Shown here one piece after another: positions 8,842-17,678 of a stretch of DNA of 64,000 nucleotides. Position 1 is the first letter of the stretch. The number at the start of each line of letters is the position of its first letter. Under the pieces are notes generated by a model. That model was given only the letters and a program-made list of their open reading frames with translations, searched no databases and was not told the origin of the DNA. A program made the position numbers and the translations under genes. Origin of the DNA: a virus; IMG/VR virus record IMGVR_UViG_3300025889_000083, positions 32,001 to 96,000 of that record; one strand, given 5' to 3'.

Positions 8842-11800
8842 TTATACCTCTATTGTTGTTCTAATAAATTTGTAAGTCATGCTATCTGTTGAAGCAGGAG
8901 TTACTAATAATCTTACATTACCACCGCTTATATCTGCATCAAATGTTGCCTGAGCAAGATTGTCAAAGATAGATGCGAACTGTGTTAAGTATACATTTGT
9001 TCCGTCATGGAAAAGTAAAATTTCTAATGCTTGATAATCCCCATCAGTTGTGTTATGAACCTGTACTATATATTTTGCAGTTCTAAATGTTGCTGAAGCG
9101 AAAGAATCAAGTGCAAATTGTGATGTTGAAGATGAACTTCCTGTACCTACATCCATACCCGCCACTTCATCAATGTGAAGTTTTTGTGGTGGGCTTGTAT
9201 CTTGAATACCTAATACACCTGCTGCATTTGTTATATCAGTAGTTCCATTACCAAGTGTTGTTGTTCCTTGTGTATTTACATCACCTGAGAAAGTTACTGT
9301 GCCACTAAATGTTTGTCCACTTAATGCACCACTTGCTAACTCACTTGTTCCAATAGCATTTGCGGCAATCTTAGCTGAAGTTACTGAATTACTTGCTAAA
9401 TGAATTGCATCTACAGATCCAGTTACTAACTCACTTGAATCTACTGAGTTTGCAGCAATTTCAGATGAACCTACTGCATTACCTGCTATTTCACTTGAGC
9501 CTACTGCATTTCCAGCAATCTTAGTTGCGGTTACTGCATTTGAAGCAATGTGTATTTCATCAATAGATCCACTTACTAATTCGCTAGAATCTACTGAGTT
9601 TGCTGCTAAGTGTGATGCATCTATAGAATCAGTTGCAATTTTATTTGCGGTTACTGCATTATCTGCAATATGAATATCATCAATTGATCCACTTACTAAT
9701 TCACTGCTATCTACTGAGTTAGCGGCGATTTCTGTTGCTGTAACTGCATTTACTGCAATTTTCGCATTTGTTACTTGTAAGTCTCCAATATGAATAGTAT
9801 CAATGCTACCACTTACTAACTCACTTGAATCTACTGAGTTAGCGGCGATTTTTGTTGATGTTACAGCATTATCTGTTATTTGTAAAGTACCTACGCCATT
9901 AGTTTCAATTTCACTTGTTCCAACTGAGTTTGCTGCAATATGTCTTGCTACTATTGAATTACTTGCAATTTCGTCACTTGTTACAGCATTTGCGCTGAAG
10001 TGAATTGTATCAATAGACCCACTTGCTAATTCGCTGGAGTCTACTGAGTTTGCAGCTATTTTAGCAGCTGTTACAGCATTTGCTGCTATTTTTGCTTCGG
10101 TTACAGAATCAGTTGATAAGTGAACTGCATTAACAGCACCACTTATAATTTCAGCAGAATCTACTGCATTTGCGGCGATCTCTGAAGATCCTACTGCTCC
10201 TGCACTAATATGTATTGCTAGAATAGAATCAGTTGCAATTTCACTTGATCCAACTGAATTTTCTGCAATTTCTTCTGATCCAACTGCATTTGCAGCGATC
10301 TGTAAAGAGCCTACTGCGTTAGCAGCTACTGCACTTGCTGTTCCTGTTAAGTTTCCTTCGACATTTGCTACAAGAGTTCCTACTGTATAACCAGAAGCAC
10401 CTGTGTCTACAGTTGAAGTAGGAGCTACTTGTGAATCAACAAATAGTTTCCATTTGTTGTCATTTGCATCTCTGAAAAGACCTGCATATAAATCTGTTCC
10501 TGCTGGATCGTATAATCCATAAAGTCCGATATCGATTGCATCTGTTGAATCATTTGTAGATGCAACCTGTACAAGACCATCTTCAACTGTTAATGTTGTT
10601 GAAGAAACTATAGTCTCGCTTCCTGAAACAGTTAAGTTTCCAGAAACTACTAAGTCATTCATTGTAAAGTTTGAAGTATTTGATAATTTCGCACCAGTAA
10701 TAGCATTGTCTGCTAAATGAATAGTTAATACGCTACCAGTTACTAACTCACTTGAATCCACTGAGTTTGCGGCGATTGTTTCTGCAGTAACTGCATTTGA
10801 AGCAATTTTATTTGCTGTAACTGCGTTTGCGGCAATAGCATTTTCTACAACTGCACTTGCTGATAAGTGAATTGAATCGATAGAGCCAGTTACAAGTTCG
10901 CTACTATCAACAGAGTTTTCTGCTATTTCTGCGGAACCTACTGCATTTGCGGCTATTTTAGCAGCTGTTACTGCATTGTCACCTAAGTTATGAGTTGTAA
11001 CATTTCCTTCTACAATATGTCTTGTTAAAATACTATTTGTAGCAATTTTATCTGATGTAACTGCATTATCTTGAAGACAGTGTGTTTGAATTGAGTTACC
11101 AGCAATAATTCCATGAGTAACAGAGTTAGAAGCAATTTCAACTCCTGTTACAGCATTTGCTGCTATTTTAGCAGTTGTTACTGCTAATGAAGCAATCTGC
11201 GCTGATCCAACTGCATCACTTGCTATTTCACTTGTACCTACTGCATTTGCACTAATTTCAGCATTTGTTATAGAGTTATCTGCCATCGCATCATTAGTAA
11301 CTGCATTTGTTCCAATATGAATTGTATCTACTGCTCCAGAAGCAAGATGTACTCCTGTAACTGCATTACTTGCGATTTGAGTTGATTGTACTGAGTTTAA
11401 TTTAATTTCTGCGGAGCCTACTGAATTAGAAGCTATTTTTGCAGTTGTAACTGCATTAGCTGCTATTTGTACTGTTCCTACTGAATCAGTTGCTAAATGT
11501 AAAGCTGTGATTGAATTTGTTGATATTTCACTTGATCCTACAACGTTCTCTGCTATCTTAGCGGCAGTAATTGCGTTGTCGGTAATATGTGTAGTTTGTA
11601 CTGCATCGGTTGCAAGTTCTGAACTTGTAACCGCATTTTCAGCGATTTCACTTTGACCTACTGCATTAGCGGCTATCTGTGGAGCACCGACAGCATTTGA
11701 GGCGATCTCTGCAGTATCTACAGAGTTAGCGGCAATTTCATTTGAAGTGACAGCATTTGCAGCTAGTTTTGCAGTTGTAACTGCACCAGTTGAAATATGA

Positions 11801-12099
11801 ATAGAATCAATAGACCCACTTACTAATTCGCTGGAGTCTACTGAGTTTGCAGCAATAGCTGCTGCATCAATTGAGTTATCGCTTACTGCTGTAACTGCTG
11901 TACTCGCTAATTCCCTAGATGTAATAGCGTTTGCTTGAATCTTAGCGGAAGTAATCGAGTTAGTTGATAGTTCTGAAGTTGTAATACAGTTTGCAGTAAT
12001 TTCTGATGCAGTAATACTATTGCTTACAATTTCGGTTGTACCAACTGAGTTTGCTTCTAGCGATGCTACAAGTGCTAGTTGTTTACCTATAAGTGCCAT
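8842..12099 (-). CDS. Tail fibre with 10-residue repeats
   Basis: Many IAANAVTAAK/IAANSVDSSE decads; globular insert; C-terminal FRTAKYIVQ domain. Confidence 0.85.
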   Translation of the reverse strand: MALIGKQLALVASLEANSVGTTEIVSNSITASEITANCITTSELSTNSITSAKIQANAITSRELASTAVTAVSDNSIDAAAIAANSVDSSELVSGSIDSIHISTGAVTTAKLAANAVTSNEIAANSVDTAEIASNAVGAPQIAANAVGQSEIAENAVTSSELATDAVQTTHITDNAITAAKIAENVVGSSEISTNSITALHLATDSVGTVQIAANAVTTAKIASNSVGSAEIKLNSVQSTQIASNAVTGVHLASGAVDTIHIGTNAVTNDAMADNSITNAEISANAVGTSEIASDAVGSAQIASLAVTTAKIAANAVTGVEIASNSVTHGIIAGNSIQTHCLQDNAVTSDKIATNSILTRHIVEGNVTTHNLGDNAVTAAKIAANAVGSAEIAENSVDSSELVTGSIDSIHLSASAVVENAIAANAVTANKIASNAVTAETIAANSVDSSELVTGSVLTIHLADNAITGAKLSNTSNFTMNDLVVSGNLTVSGSETIVSSTTLTVEDGLVQVASTNDSTDAIDIGLYGLYDPAGTDLYAGLFRDANDNKWKLFVDSQVAPTSTVDTGASGYTVGTLVANVEGNLTGTASAVAANAVGSLQIAANAVGSEEIAENSVGSSEIATDSILAIHISAGAVGSSEIAANAVDSAEIISGAVNAVHLSTDSVTEAKIAANAVTAAKIAANSVDSSELASGSIDTIHFSANAVTSDEIASNSIVARHIAANSVGTSEIETNGVGTLQITDNAVTSTKIAANSVDSSELVSGSIDTIHIGDLQVTNAKIAVNAVTATEIAANSVDSSELVSGSIDDIHIADNAVTANKIATDSIDASHLAANSVDSSELVSGSIDEIHIASNAVTATKIAGNAVGSSEIAGNAVGSSEIAANSVDSSELVTGSVDAIHLASNSVTSAKIAANAIGTSELASGALSGQTFSGTVTFSGDVNTQGTTTLGNGTTDITNAAGVLGIQDTSPPQKLHIDEVAGMDVGTGSSSSTSQFALDSFASATFRTAKYIVQVHNTTDGDYQALEILLFHDGTNVYLTQFASIFDNLAQATFDADISGGNVRLLVTPASTDSMTYKFIRTTIEV

Positions 12100-12431
12100 T
12101 ATGTTTGCTCCAAATATGACAGAACAACGTCTATGCTGTCTACGACGTTACTCTGAACCTTGATGGCGTCTCCTGCCTCTAAAACTACTTTTGCATCTCC
12201 TCCGACTAATACCAATGTTGATCCACTTGGAATCGGCGTGGCGGCTGTAAGAGAAACGTGAGTTGCTGAACTACTATCGTAAAACTCACAGTTTGCTTCA
12301 ATTTGACCTCCACTCTGATTACAGAGATAAAGACCAATAATCGTAGATGTCGTGCTCGATGGGCATGTATATACTGTCGTAAGTGAAGTATTTACATTTG
12401 CCTTGGAAGCAGTTTTAAATGCTGATGCCAT
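12099..12431 (-). CDS. Virion/fibre-associated beta-sandwich protein
   Basis: TTVYTCP...KVVLEAGDAIKV; coupled to fibre gene. Confidence 0.65.
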   Translation of the reverse strand: MASAFKTASKANVNTSLTTVYTCPSSTTSTIIGLYLCNQSGGQIEANCEFYDSSSATHVSLTAATPIPSGSTLVLVGGDAKVVLEAGDAIKVQSNVVDSIDVVLSYLEQT

Positions 12432-12435
12432 AATC

Positions 12436-12636
12436 TTATCCTAATGCTATACTCAACGCTAGTGCTTCTGATTCAGAAATACCTGCAGATGCCATAACAA
12501 CTATGTCACCACTAGCGTTTTTTGTATAAATCTTTTGGTCAGAAACATTCATAGCTATTTCGTGTGTTTCTAAATCCCCTGTGCCTGGAACTGATCCAGG
12601 TGTTTCTGACCTTTTAATTTTGATTACATGGGACAT
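12436..12636 (-). CDS. Small fibre-attachment protein
   Basis: IKIKRS..PG..L...EIAMN..D.KIY motif shared with N-terminus of 12638..14407. Confidence 0.65.
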   Translation of the reverse strand: MSHVIKIKRSETPGSVPGTGDLETHEIAMNVSDQKIYTKNASGDIVVMASAGISESEALALSIALG

Positions 12637-12637
12637 C

Positions 12638-14407
12638 TTAGAACGTTCCTCCGTCTAATGTATTTGTCCATGTTATTGTTCCGTTGTTACCAACTTGTAG
12701 CATTTGTCCTACTGAGTTGGTTGAGTCGTATGTGCCGATTGCTAAAGTAGTAAACTGATTGCCACCATTTGCTCCGAAGATTAAATCTCCTTCTGCAATC
12801 GCATCATCAAGACCTTTAATTTGTAAAGTATCTGCAACAATTTCAAGTGAGGTATCGTCTACATTTACTGAAAGTGTATTTCCAGATTTTGCTAAACCAT
12901 CACCTGCTGTAACCTGTCCAGCTCCTGAGAATTGAGTAAATGTTAAAGCATCGCTACCAAGTGTTGCAGATCCTGTAATATTTGTTAATACAAAACCAGC
13001 ATCGGCATTAGTTGATCCTTCTTCTACAAAAGTGAAAAGACCACCTGTTACTTCTGCACTTGAGTCTGCATCAGTTACACGAGTAAGTACAAATGGTGTA
13101 CCTGCATCACCAACTGTTGTTACAGAGTAAATACCGTTTTGAGTTCCTGTTGATTGATCTTTAACAAGTACTCTATCACCAGATGAAAGTGTTACACCAT
13201 CTACTGAAATTGCACCATTTGAGTCAGCTGTAAGAGTTGCACCTACACCACCTGTTCCATTATCATAAGTTGCTGATAAGTTTGCTGTGGTTGCTACTCG
13301 TACTGAATCTTTGATATCGAGTGCTTGTTTAACGCTATCTACATATGCTTTTGTTGTTGCATCTGTTGCTTGAGTAGGAGTTCCAATATTGGTAAGTCTA
13401 TTACCTCCAAAGTTAACTGTTTGTGAGGAAGCAACTGTAAATCCAGCATCAAAGTCTGCTGATTGTGAGAAAGTTGCTGTACCTGTTACTGTTATTGTAT
13501 CCCCTGCGGCGTCTCCAAGAGTTACAGCACCATTTGCTGTTAAAGCTCCTGTAATATCTACGCTTGATGAGAAAGTAGCGGCATTAGTTACTCCTAATGT
13601 TCCTGAAATACTTGTATTACCTTCTCCTGCTGAAACTGTAAATTTATCTGTATTAACAGTTAAGTTACCTACTGTATTTACTGTTCCGCTAAAATCTGTT
13701 GTGGTTGCGTTGACATCGAAAGTACCAGTTGTAATTTCTACTTCAGTATCTGCATCAATGTCTAATTGACCATCTGCACTTGATCCAATAGTAAGTGCAT
13801 CGTCTCTAAATTGAAGTTCACTTGCTCCATTTAATAATAGACCAGTATCTGCTACGTGTGTTAATGTAACATCGCTGTCTACACCAAATGATAATACATG
13901 CGCATCATTACCAAATAAAACATTCTTACCAAAGTCAATGACTTCACTACCATTAGTAGTAACAAATTTTAGATATGAGGTTCCGCCTTCGTTTATATCT
14001 AAAGCTGCTGCTTCATTATCTGGTATTGTAAGAGAGTTGGCTTGTGCGTCTAAGTCAATAGTGCCACCATGAGTAATAATTAAATTACCACTTGGTGCGA
14101 TTGTTAGATCTGCACTTGATACTGTTGAAAGTGTATCTGTTGAGCCAGTAATAACAATATTACCAGTTTTTAACTGGTCAATTTTACTACTTGAATCTAC
14201 TACAATAGCTGAACTTGCGGTAAGAGTACCTGCGGCGTGATCTAGCATCTCTACATAGAGATCTCCACCTATAGTTGTTACTGTTCCAGAGCCAGGAGCA
14301 CCAATAAAGAATTTCTTCGAGTTGGATGAGTATGCTATTTCCCCTGCACTTAAAGAAACAGGCGAGGCGGTCGTGCTACTTCTTTTAATTTTAATTACTT
14401 GTGCCAT
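12638..14407 (-). CDS. Tail fibre protein
   Basis: DATTKAYVD, VRVATTANL, GDRVLVKDQ...QNGIY, C-terminal LDGGTF. Confidence 0.85.
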   Translation of the reverse strand: MAQVIKIKRSSTTASPVSLSAGEIAYSSNSKKFFIGAPGSGTVTTIGGDLYVEMLDHAAGTLTASSAIVVDSSSKIDQLKTGNIVITGSTDTLSTVSSADLTIAPSGNLIITHGGTIDLDAQANSLTIPDNEAAALDINEGGTSYLKFVTTNGSEVIDFGKNVLFGNDAHVLSFGVDSDVTLTHVADTGLLLNGASELQFRDDALTIGSSADGQLDIDADTEVEITTGTFDVNATTTDFSGTVNTVGNLTVNTDKFTVSAGEGNTSISGTLGVTNAATFSSSVDITGALTANGAVTLGDAAGDTITVTGTATFSQSADFDAGFTVASSQTVNFGGNRLTNIGTPTQATDATTKAYVDSVKQALDIKDSVRVATTANLSATYDNGTGGVGATLTADSNGAISVDGVTLSSGDRVLVKDQSTGTQNGIYSVTTVGDAGTPFVLTRVTDADSSAEVTGGLFTFVEEGSTNADAGFVLTNITGSATLGSDALTFTQFSGAGQVTAGDGLAKSGNTLSVNVDDTSLEIVADTLQIKGLDDAIAEGDLIFGANGGNQFTTLAIGTYDSTNSVGQMLQVGNNGTITWTNTLDGGTF

Positions 14408-14427
14408 ATTTATATCCTAGTCGAGCT

Positions 14428-14808
14428 TTAAAAAGCTCCTGCGTCTATCGTGTCCGAATCCGCTGAATCGTTACCTATCATTATAGGAACAAAACTAAAC
14501 GTTCCTTCAGTTGTTTCACGATAAATCTTTAACTGATTATCGTCAGTATCGTAAAATAAATCTCCTTCCGCTAAATTAGTTGTATTTGCGGTAGGTGCTG
14601 TCGTTGCGACAAAAAATTGATTAGCAAGAAAATTGAGTGCGCCTTCTACTGTTGTTTGTCCAGTAAGTGTTCCTACTGGAGAATTAAAAGTAATTGACCC
14701 TGCGTCACTAGCTGCATCGGCTACGGCAGATGATATTGTCAGAGTTGTGGTCTGTGCTGTGGCATTAAGCGTAGTATTGTTAGGAGTTAATGTTAAGGTT
14801 AATGCCAT
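14428..14808 (-). CDS. Fibre-associated structural protein
   Basis: TAPT...EGDLFYDTDDNQLKIY; ends IDAGAF. Confidence 0.65.
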   Translation of the reverse strand: MALTLTLTPNNTTLNATAQTTTLTISSAVADAASDAGSITFNSPVGTLTGQTTVEGALNFLANQFFVATTAPTANTTNLAEGDLFYDTDDNQLKIYRETTEGTFSFVPIMIGNDSADSDTIDAGAF

Positions 14809-15146
14809 TATCGTGTAACGTTTTGAGTGACTCTTGCTACTCCTTGAATTAGTCTTGTCATAGTATTTGTACTACTATTATACAATTCTAAATCATAGTA
14901 ATATTTACCTGACGCAATATTTGCAGTTGTTGCATATGGTAAAGTCATTTTAAAGACACCATTAGCTGCATCTGTTATTGAACAAGTAAATGTTGCTGTA
15001 AGAGTATCGGAAGAAGGCGTAGGACGTAGCTGTGCACTTGCCGTATGACTAGACAAATTGATTGCTGTTCCATCTTGTGCTATTGCGATTTGGAGCGAGA
15101 AATCTGCTCCTTGGTCGATAACAATATCATAGTTTCCTGCTGCCAT
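14808..15146 (-). CDS. Fibre/baseplate adaptor beta-sandwich protein
   Basis: IDQGADF...GKYYYDLEL...RLIQG. Confidence 0.7.
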   Translation of the reverse strand: MAAGNYDIVIDQGADFSLQIAIAQDGTAINLSSHTASAQLRPTPSSDTLTATFTCSITDAANGVFKMTLPYATTANIASGKYYYDLELYNSSTNTMTRLIQGVARVTQNVTR

Positions 15147-15172
15147 TCTTAACTTATACTCCTATATGCTAA

Positions 15173-15201
15173 ATTATAACAAAATATAAGTGAGAAGTCA
15201 A
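15173..15201 (-). promoter_or_regulatory. Sigma70-type promoter for fibre operon
   Basis: TTGACT-N17-TATAAT on minus strand. Confidence 0.8.
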
Positions 15202-15225
15202 GAACTATTTTTGAGAGGTGTAAGA

Positions 15226-15423
15226 TTATTCTGTTGGTTTAGGATATTTATCCTTGACCGCTTTTAACTCTGTATAAAAACTTGAAGTCTTTGCGGTCTC
15301 ACCCAATAGACCAGTATCAATAGCATGAAACAACTTATCAAATTGTTCCTTTAATTCTGGGTACTCACTTGCGCGAGATTCTGCATAAGTGTAATTTTTG
15401 CTAAGTGATATTTCTAGTGCCAT
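15226..15423 (-). CDS. Small tail-fibre-associated protein
   Basis: YAESRASEYPELKEQFDKL...VKDKYPKP motif. Confidence 0.65.
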   Translation of the reverse strand: MALEISLSKNYTYAESRASEYPELKEQFDKLFHAIDTGLLGETAKTSSFYTELKAVKDKYPKPTE

Positions 15424-15833
15424 TACTTTGTAACCTCCAGTGTAAATGTTTTTGACTTATAGTTATCTTTTGATAAGATTACTGTATATCTTGTTGCTAC
15501 TTGTGTTCCTGTAAATGTTATTGTGCCATCTGCTGGAACTGTTCCTTTGTTTACATTATCTACAGTAACGGTTGTTCCTTCTGGTAGTCCACTAAAACTT
15601 AATGTTCCATTAAGTGTAATACTGGTTGTAGATAGGTCTGGATTAAAATTTCCATACTGTACTAATGCACCATCTGCTATATAATAATCATCAATAGATG
15701 GTAGTGTATCTACTATTACTTGTAAATAAGAATAGCCATGTTCGGCTTGTGCACTAATAGCAGAGGCGTCACAAGCTGCGACTGTCGCCCATGCAATTTT
15801 TCCGTTATTGTCATAAAAAATATTGTATTCCAT
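15423..15833 (-). CDS. Tail-associated protein
   Basis: Coupled ORF in tail operon; beta-rich C-terminus. Confidence 0.6.
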   Translation of the reverse strand: MEYNIFYDNNGKIAWATVAACDASAISAQAEHGYSYLQVIVDTLPSIDDYYIADGALVQYGNFNPDLSTTSITLNGTLSFSGLPEGTTVTVDNVNKGTVPADGTITFTGTQVATRYTVILSKDNYKSKTFTLEVTK

Positions 15834-15841
15834 TTATTCTC

Positions 15842-16711
15842 CTATGCGAATGGACTTGTTCCGTTATAAATTAAGTATGAATAGTAAATAGTTTCTTCTC
15901 CTCCAAATGCAGTATTGCTATATGCCATCCCATTCCATAAATTTTGGTATCCTTCTTTATAATCATTACTAATTGTTAAATGTGTTGTATTTGTTGAAAA
16001 ACTAACTCCAGAGTATCCTACTGTAATGCCATCTCCCACTGCCAGTCCGCCAACTGTTTCATATTCTTTATAATATCCACTATTTGTTAAAAATCCATAT
16101 TGAGTTGTTGCTGGTACAATATCAGAGTCATAAGCTGGGTATACTTGTGAAGCATGTAAATCTCCTGCTCCTCCACTCAATGTAATTGTAGGTACTGGGC
16201 TATTTCCGCCGTATTTTGGAACATTTGTAATTGTTATACTCGTTATACTACCACCTGAAATAGTTGCATATCCTGTAGCCTGAACTGTTCCTCCAGCTCC
16301 TGTATAAGCAACTCCACCCGTAGCTGTAAATGGTATTGTTGAACCTACATATCCTGATCCAGCATTTGTAATACTTACGTTTGCACTTCCAAAAGTGTAG
16401 TAATCAGTAAAAAATGGTACATACATACTTGCCACACTTACAGTTGCAGTATTAGACGGACTAGACTCATTTATGTCATCTGGAAAACAATACGTAACGC
16501 TTGCATACGGTTTAAAACCTAATCCATGAGAAAAACTTCTTGTGCCTCCTGGACTTAGTATTCCTTGTCCTTTAGTAACAGTATTAAAACCTTTTACAGC
16601 ATTTGAGTCAAATACCAAAGAAGAACTTGTACTCGCAACATTTTGTCCTTCTCTACTAATAAAGATTCCGTAGTCACTGCCTCTATTTCCTATTAAAACT
16701 CTATTTGCCAT
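15842..16711 (-). CDS. Minor tail protein (paralogue 3)
   Basis: RVLIG..YGIFIS..G.NV N-terminus; ITNAGSGY repeat. Confidence 0.7.
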   Translation of the reverse strand: MANRVLIGNRGSDYGIFISREGQNVASTSSSLVFDSNAVKGFNTVTKGQGILSPGGTRSFSHGLGFKPYASVTYCFPDDINESSPSNTATVSVASMYVPFFTDYYTFGSANVSITNAGSGYVGSTIPFTATGGVAYTGAGGTVQATGYATISGGSITSITITNVPKYGGNSPVPTITLSGGAGDLHASQVYPAYDSDIVPATTQYGFLTNSGYYKEYETVGGLAVGDGITVGYSGVSFSTNTTHLTISNDYKEGYQNLWNGMAYSNTAFGGEETIYYSYLIYNGTSPFA

Positions 16712-17133
16712 TAAAATAAACTCGTATTTGGTATACCTTTTAGTATAAAGGTAAATGTATTTTGTGTTTGTACTGGATTTGTGTTTGTTCCTACGCTATT
16801 TGTTGCTGTAGTTATTTGAACATTTGTTCCAGAATTTAAAGTAATATTTGCGGTATCATTTGCTCCCACAGGTTTAAATACCATTGCACTTTCGCCAGAT
16901 GCCAAAGTAGGTACTCCACTAGTAATAGTTCTTGTACTTGCAGGTGCCTGAGAAGCAGAAGGTATCTCTAATAAAACTAAAGCATGATCTACTTGGTCTT
17001 GGTCATCTGAAGAAAATAGTAATTGATCTGAAGTACAAGTTTGTACATTATAACCTGGTCTACTTACCCATAGCCCAAAGTTACTTGTACCTCTTGTAGA
17101 GGATCCTTTACCTAATAAAACTCTATCTACCAT
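16711..17133 (-). CDS. Minor tail protein (paralogue 2)
   Basis: RVLLGKG..TRGTSNFGLWVS. Confidence 0.7.
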   Translation of the reverse strand: MVDRVLLGKGSSTRGTSNFGLWVSRPGYNVQTCTSDQLLFSSDDQDQVDHALVLLEIPSASQAPASTRTITSGVPTLASGESAMVFKPVGANDTANITLNSGTNVQITTATNSVGTNTNPVQTQNTFTFILKGIPNTSLF

Positions 17134-17678
17134 AAATTTGCTGTATCTCCTAAAGTTGGATGGTTTCCTAGATTTTGTGTTGTACCACTTGAATCTACAT
17201 AAGTATTACCCATAAATCCAAAAGCATTTGGTATTTTTAAAACGACAAAAGCACCCGCTGCACTTGTTCGTGAAGTATTGCCTGGAGAATATGATACATT
17301 CATACGGAGTGGAGTTACACTTGTATTTGAAATTTTATAAGTATCATACTCTCTAATAAGATCTTCTGTAAAACTGTCAAAGCTTGGATTACTTACTATA
17401 TTTTCATTATGTAAAATTGCTGTATTTGCCTCATTTACTAAAACCTCTGGAATATAAGTTAATGTTGCCTTACTTCCAGATGTCCAAGTTATAGCGGATG
17501 AAGTTGCTGTAAAATTTGCACCTGCATATATCAATCCTGTTCGTACTGTTGTAGAATCAAAAATTAGATTATTTGCAGTTGTTGTCTCAACATTTGCTGA
17601 AGGTTTTGATACCCATAGCCCAAAATTACTTGTGCCTCTTGTTGCTGTTCCTTTACCAAATAAAACTCTACTAGGCAT
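17127..17678 (-). CDS. Minor tail protein (paralogue 1)
   Basis: RVLFGKG..TRGTSNFGLWVS. Confidence 0.7.
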   Translation of the reverse strand: MPSRVLFGKGTATRGTSNFGLWVSKPSANVETTTANNLIFDSTTVRTGLIYAGANFTATSSAITWTSGSKATLTYIPEVLVNEANTAILHNENIVSNPSFDSFTEDLIREYDTYKISNTSVTPLRMNVSYSPGNTSRTSAAGAFVVLKIPNAFGFMGNTYVDSSGTTQNLGNHPTLGDTANLW

